In this document: positions 59,183 to 64,000 of the stretch, piece by piece
Position numbering within the stretch: the first letter of the stretch is position 1
Layout: the number at the start of each line of letters is the position of its first letter
Source of the DNA: Candidatus Latescibacterota bacterium
GTDB taxonomy: Bacteria; Latescibacterota; UBA2968
DNA length: 64,000 nucleotides
Direction: 5' to 3'
Assembly (NCBI GenBank): GCA_965204375.1
Contig: OZ241986.1
Location: 2,688,001-2,752,000 of the forward strand
Translations under genes and position numbers: made by a program
Notes under the pieces: model-generated
What the model saw: the letters and a program-made list of their open reading frames with translations, nothing else
Database searches by the model: none
What the model was told of the DNA's origin: nothing

Positions 59183-60292
59183 ATGGCTGACCAGACTGTT
59201 CAGAAAAAAAATGAAGAAGAGGAAATTGAGGGCTTTGATGACAAAGAGGATGCGGCGTGGAAAGACTATCCAATAGACACGCTGCTGATTCGAAACGAAA
59301 GTCGCACGGTTTTCGATGTTCTGAGAAGGGTCAATCAAGGCAATTACATCATGGACCCGGAATTTCAAAGAGACTTTATCTGGTCTGAAGACAAACAGAG
59401 CAAACTCATTGAATCTGTACTGATGCGGATTCCCCTCCCGGTTTTCTATTTGGCTGAGGACGATCAAGGGCGTATGGTGGTCGTAGATGGATTGCAACGC
59501 CTTTCGACATTCAAGCGTTTTGTCGATGGCGAGTTGCGCTTGTCGCTTCCGGGCCAGGATGAACTGAACAACAAGCGATTCACCGACCTATCGCCCAAGC
59601 TCCAGAACCGAGTTGAAGACTGCAATCTGATCTTCTATATCATGGATGCCAAGGTACCGGATCGAGCACGTCTGGATATATTCGAGCGCGTAAATGGCGG
59701 GGTTCCTCTTACCCGGCAGCAAATGCGCAATAGCTTGTACATGGGCGAGGCGACCCGTTTTCTCAAGACCGAGGCACGTACAGATATTTTTTTAAACGCC
59801 ACAGGACGTAGCCTGAATAAGGATACGATGCGAGATCGAGAGTTTGTCAACCGATTTTGTGCTTTCCAACTTCTCGACCTTGATGAATACAAGGGAAATA
59901 TGGACGATTTTCTCGCACAAGTACTAAAAAAAATGAACCGTCTGACAGAGAAAGACCTATCGTGTCTATCGATGAAATTTCGGAGGGGTCTTGCAAACAG
60001 TCACAAAATTTTCGGCATACATGCTTTCAGAAAGCACAGTAGGGGACAGGAAAAACGCGGTGTACTCAATGCTTCGCTTTGGGATGTGATGTCAACCGGT
60101 TTGTCGCGCTACCCGGAAAACGAGGTAAAATCCCGTGTGGAGGTTCTCAAAAATAAGTTTTATCCCTTAATGGACGATGAGGAGTTCGTCGCATCCATCA
60201 CTTATGGCCCCAGTAGCACGGGAAAAGTTAGACGCCGGTTTCGCATTGCCAGCGCGATGTTCGAGGAGGTATTTGGTGCTTACACAACTTGA
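59183..60292 (+). CDS. DUF262 (ParB/GmrS-like) protein, Menshen NsnA-like
   Basis: Motifs PEFQRDFIW, LIES, VDGLQRL and FERVN. Confidence 0.85.
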   Translation: MADQTVQKKNEEEEIEGFDDKEDAAWKDYPIDTLLIRNESRTVFDVLRRVNQGNYIMDPEFQRDFIWSEDKQSKLIESVLMRIPLPVFYLAEDDQGRMVVVDGLQRLSTFKRFVDGELRLSLPGQDELNNKRFTDLSPKLQNRVEDCNLIFYIMDAKVPDRARLDIFERVNGGVPLTRQQMRNSLYMGEATRFLKTEARTDIFLNATGRSLNKDTMRDREFVNRFCAFQLLDLDEYKGNMDDFLAQVLKKMNRLTEKDLSCLSMKFRRGLANSHKIFGIHAFRKHSRGQEKRGVLNASLWDVMSTGLSRYPENEVKSRVEVLKNKFYPLMDDEEFVASITYGPSSTGKVRRRFRIASAMFEEVFGAYTT

Positions 60293-61406
60293 TTTGCAGC
60301 ATTTCAAGTGTTTTGAATTGCTTCATCTTCCTTTGCATCCAATGACATTATTATCGGGTACCAATGCCTCGGGAAAATCCTCGGTGCTTCAAGCTCTTGT
60401 CTTGCTGCATCAGACAATGCGTGAACACGAATGGTCACTACGCCTCATGCTAAACGGCAAGTCTGTCCAACTTGGCACTGTATCTGATATCGTGGATAAA
60501 GTATATGGTCGGCGAGAATTTGAAATCGGCCTGATAGATGGGGAGATTCCATATCAGTGGATGTTTACAGGCGAGCGTTTGGAGATGTCCATGGCAGTCA
60601 AGCGGGTGGTTGCCAACGGCATCTCAATAGACGATCCCTCTCAACTTCGTTACCTACTTTCACCAGATGAAGCACCATCTCTATCCGAGCGTCTGAAGAA
60701 TCTCACCTATCTCACGGCAGAGAGAATTGGTCCACGAGAAACTTACAACGTTGACGATTCGCAGGTTGCGCCAGTGGTGGGGCCATCTGGAGAAGATGCC
60801 GCGAGTGTGTTGTATGCCAAGCGCGACGAACACGTCTGTGAGGCACTCGCATTGCCGGATGCTTCAAGTAGAAACTTGCTGCAACAAGTGGAGGCGAGGA
60901 TACGGACTTTCTTCCCCGGATGCCGTTTGAATATACAAAAGGTTAAGGATGCGAATACCGTTACGCTGGGACTTCGCACATCCGACGATACAGACTTCCA
61001 CCGCCCCGTTCATGCGGGGTTTGGCATTACACAGGTTCTACCTATTGTTATCGCTGCGCTCGCCGCGAAACCTGAAGATCTTCTACTGATAGAAAATCCG
61101 GAAGTTCATCTCCATCCAGCCGCACAGGTACAGATGGGACAGTTTCTTGCAAAGGTCACGCATTCAGGCATCCAAGTCATTCTGGAAACACACAGCGATC
61201 ATATACTGAATGGTGCCCGGCGTGCTGTCAGGTCGGGCGTTCTATCAGCCGATCAAGTTTCGATTCACTTCTTTCGACCAAGGTCGGGCGATGATGCACA
61301 GGTTGTAAGTCCCATTCTGGATAACACTGGTAATATTGATGTTTGGCCGGACGGATTTTTCGATCAGTTCGACAAGGATATAAACCATTTTGCGGGATGG
61401 GATTAG
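60276..61406 (+). CDS. ABC-type ATPase with DUF3696, Menshen NsnB-like
   Basis: Motifs GTNASGKSS, GFGITQVLP, IENPEVHLHP, ETHSDH and WPDGFFDQ. GTG start behind GAGGAGG. Confidence 0.85.
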   Translation: MLTQLDLQHFKCFELLHLPLHPMTLLSGTNASGKSSVLQALVLLHQTMREHEWSLRLMLNGKSVQLGTVSDIVDKVYGRREFEIGLIDGEIPYQWMFTGERLEMSMAVKRVVANGISIDDPSQLRYLLSPDEAPSLSERLKNLTYLTAERIGPRETYNVDDSQVAPVVGPSGEDAASVLYAKRDEHVCEALALPDASSRNLLQQVEARIRTFFPGCRLNIQKVKDANTVTLGLRTSDDTDFHRPVHAGFGITQVLPIVIAALAAKPEDLLLIENPEVHLHPAAQVQMGQFLAKVTHSGIQVILETHSDHILNGARRAVRSGVLSADQVSIHFFRPRSGDDAQVVSPILDNTGNIDVWPDGFFDQFDKDINHFAGWD

Positions 61407-62360
61407 CGTTGGAACTCCTTACAAATGACCTGTCAATCCATGGGCAGTTTCACGATATTCCCACATTTCGAATAGCACTTAAGCAACTCATGGCGATCCG
61501 AAAATGTAGCCAAACGGTACGGGCGCGAAGTGTACTGTCACAGAAACATGGCCAGTGTTCAGGTCATGCCTAACGTATATATGCAGCAAGCGATACAAGG
61601 ACTGCCTATAGATGACCGACGGGCCGTGATGCAGTGGTTGACTCGCCGTGGGCCATTCTGGGAAGATGAGCGTCTTCACGGTGAAGATGATTGGCTTGAA
61701 TGTCGCGGAGACGTTGTTACAGATACCGCTGTAGGAGAAGCAGCATACCGTTGCTTCAATAGGACTGAAACCAGTCTTGTGAGTCTGATTCCGTCTTCAT
61801 GGGACTTTTCTCCCGCGGTGGTCAATTGGTGGAAGAACGATAAGGAAGTTGAGTCGGTTGAAATCGTCAACTATCGAGAGGCCGATGATCTAGAAACGGT
61901 ATTAAAGACTATACCCGATCAAATTGCGTCGTGGAGGGAGTTGGCGGATGCGTCAAGAGAACGTTATACGGAATTGATATTTTCCTTAGATTGCTTTAAG
62001 CCGCTCGAAGGACATCCCTTTGCTCTCTACGCTGCCCAAAGCGTACTCAGCCGTCTTGAGATACTGAACCGACTCAAGGCTTGCTTTAATGCGAAAGGAG
62101 AACGCACTGCCGAGGGACATAAAATCTATCAGACGCATTTCGTTGGTCAACGCGCATGGTTTTCCGATTCATCAGATACTGAGAAGCGCGATTTTAAAAA
62201 CGATCTGACCTTTCTCCTGAACGACGGGACCTCGTTATTGTGTCCCTGGCATGGAAAGGTGAATTATCACATTCCACTCCGTATTCATTTTTCGTGGCCT
62301 GTAACGGCGGTTGACCCATTGTATATAGTGTATGTTGGCCCTAAACTCACACTACCATAG
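61397..62360 (+). pseudogene. Third gene of the Menshen-like trio (NsnC-like), split by a frameshift at about 61501-61504
   Basis: MGLALELLTNDLSIHGQF...LMAIR joins NVAKRYGREVYCHRN if one A of CGAAAATG is removed. C-terminus WHGK...RIHF...YIVYVGPKL. Confidence 0.65.
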
Positions 62361-62390
62361 TGGTAACCAAACTCCTTTGGAGAAAACACC

Positions 62391-63989
62391 GTGAAAAACC
62401 CCAATATCATCGTCATTCTCGTAGATGACATGGGCTATTCGGATCTCGGTTCTTATGGTGGCGAGATCCGAACGCCCAATCTGGATCGCCTATCGGCAAA
62501 TGGCTTGCGATTCACGCAAAGTTATAACTCTGCCCGCTGCTGTCCCTCGCGGGCTTCGCTACTCACAGGACTGTATTCCCACCAGGCTGGCATCGCCAAT
62601 TTTACGGGACCTGACCGAACCGCCGAATGGGGACCGGCCTATCTGGGTCGGCTAAACAACAACTGCGTGACACTGGCAGAAGTCCTCAAAACCGCGGGCT
62701 ACAGCACCTATGGCGTCGGCAAATGGCACGTTGGAGATCAAAGTAACCCAACAGACCGGGGATTTGACGAATATTACGGATTCATCAAAGGCCACAGCGC
62801 ACCCCAATGGGACCCGTCTTATTATCATCGCTATCCAGAATCTCGAACACCCGAACTCTCTTTTGATGACGATGCATACTACGCAACAGAAGCATTCAAC
62901 GATTACGCCGTAGAATTTATCGATCAGGCGCAACAAAAAGACAATCCCTATTTCCTCTACCTCGCCCATTCGGCTCCGCATTTTCCCTTACATGCCCCGG
63001 CAGAAACCCGCGATTCATATCTCGATATTTACCGCCGAGGTTGGGATGTCTTGCGCCGTGAACGCTACGCGCGCCAGAAAGAATCCGGTCTGGCAACAGA
63101 AAACTGGCAATTCACACCGCGCTCAATTGTTCCCATCGAAGAAAATGATGCCATCGCAAACGGGTACAGCGGCAAACAGAATCCCGCGTGGGAGGATCTC
63201 TCCCAGGACCGGCAGGAAGATCTCACCTACCGCATGGCGGTCTTTGCGGCCATGATCGAGCATATCGATCGCGGCATAGGCAGAATCATTGACCGCCTAA
63301 AAGAAACAGGAGAACTGGACAACACACTCATTCTATTTACAAGCGACAATGGCGCGTGTTACGAATGGGGACCTTTTGGATTTGACGAACGCAGCAGATT
63401 GGGCGTCACCCATCTCCACACGGGTGAAGAACTGAAAAAAATCGGTGGACCGGACACATATCACTCTGTGGGCAGCGCGTGGTCGTGCCTGAGCAACACA
63501 CCGCTGCGCATGTACAAACACTACAACCACGAAGGCGGAAATTGCAGCCCATTCATCGCCCATTGGCCCGAAGGGATTGCGCAACCCGACCGCTGGGTTC
63601 GCACCCCCATGCACCTGTTTGACATCATGCCGACCATAAGCGAAATTACCGGAGCCAAATATCCCAAAACACACAATGGAGAACGCATACATCCGCAAGA
63701 AGGAACGAGCCTCACACCCCTATTCAACGCACGCAGCCTGCCCGAACGCAGCCTGTGTTTCGATCACTTTGAAGCCAGCGCCATACGCAGGGGAAAATGG
63801 AAATTGCTGAAGGGAAATACCCGATATCCCAACAAAAATTGGGAACTCTACGACATGGAAAAAGACCGCTGTGAAACCAGCGATCTATCAGCAGAACATC
63901 CAGAATTGGTAAAATCACTCGAGAGAGAATGGATTGAATGGGCCGTGCGGGTTAAGGTACATCCTTACTATCAGGAAGTGGCAAAATGA
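62391..63989 (+). CDS. Arylsulfatase
   Basis: Motifs PNIIVILVDDMG, CCPSRASLLTG (CxPxR), GKWH and SDNG. Confidence 0.95.
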   Translation: MKNPNIIVILVDDMGYSDLGSYGGEIRTPNLDRLSANGLRFTQSYNSARCCPSRASLLTGLYSHQAGIANFTGPDRTAEWGPAYLGRLNNNCVTLAEVLKTAGYSTYGVGKWHVGDQSNPTDRGFDEYYGFIKGHSAPQWDPSYYHRYPESRTPELSFDDDAYYATEAFNDYAVEFIDQAQQKDNPYFLYLAHSAPHFPLHAPAETRDSYLDIYRRGWDVLRRERYARQKESGLATENWQFTPRSIVPIEENDAIANGYSGKQNPAWEDLSQDRQEDLTYRMAVFAAMIEHIDRGIGRIIDRLKETGELDNTLILFTSDNGACYEWGPFGFDERSRLGVTHLHTGEELKKIGGPDTYHSVGSAWSCLSNTPLRMYKHYNHEGGNCSPFIAHWPEGIAQPDRWVRTPMHLFDIMPTISEITGAKYPKTHNGERIHPQEGTSLTPLFNARSLPERSLCFDHFEASAIRRGKWKLLKGNTRYPNKNWELYDMEKDRCETSDLSAEHPELVKSLEREWIEWAVRVKVHPYYQEVAK

Positions 63990-64000
63990 GCATCATCCGT

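Overview
Bacterial chromosomal window with no rRNA, tRNA, CRISPR array or transposase visible. The gene content (sulfatases, PhyH dioxygenase, heparinase II/III, PorV-like protein, many sugar-acid enzymes) suggests an FCB-related, Latescibacterota/Poribacteria-like lineage; this is inference only. The backbone carries pcm, kdgK/eda/ROK kinase, fmt, yajC, tgt, an FKBP isomerase, polA, trpS, frdABCD and a tandem glnK-amtB duplication. Three accessory blocks interrupt it. (1) An AT-richer defence island at about 14016-28324 holds the best candidate for a new system: a co-oriented cluster encoding an RNAP alpha-CTD-repeat/sigma-4 protein, a GNAT fused to a TGT/DpdA-like transglycosylase, an unknown protein, small and large P-loop ATPases, a PglZ-type phosphatase and a HerA ATPase. 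It looks like a BREX-type chassis in which a putative 7-deazaguanine/acetylation writer replaces the methyltransferase. VapBC and toxin-antitoxin relics follow. (2) A GC-rich three-gene catabolic cassette at 33716-37237 is bounded by a 51-bp imperfect direct repeat that contains a sigma70-like promoter. (3) An MmeI-like RM gene sits next to a Menshen-like trio whose third gene is frameshifted (56252-62360). Separately, trpS is preceded by two tandem Trp-codon leader/terminator attenuators, and intergenic heptamer and octamer repeat elements recur.
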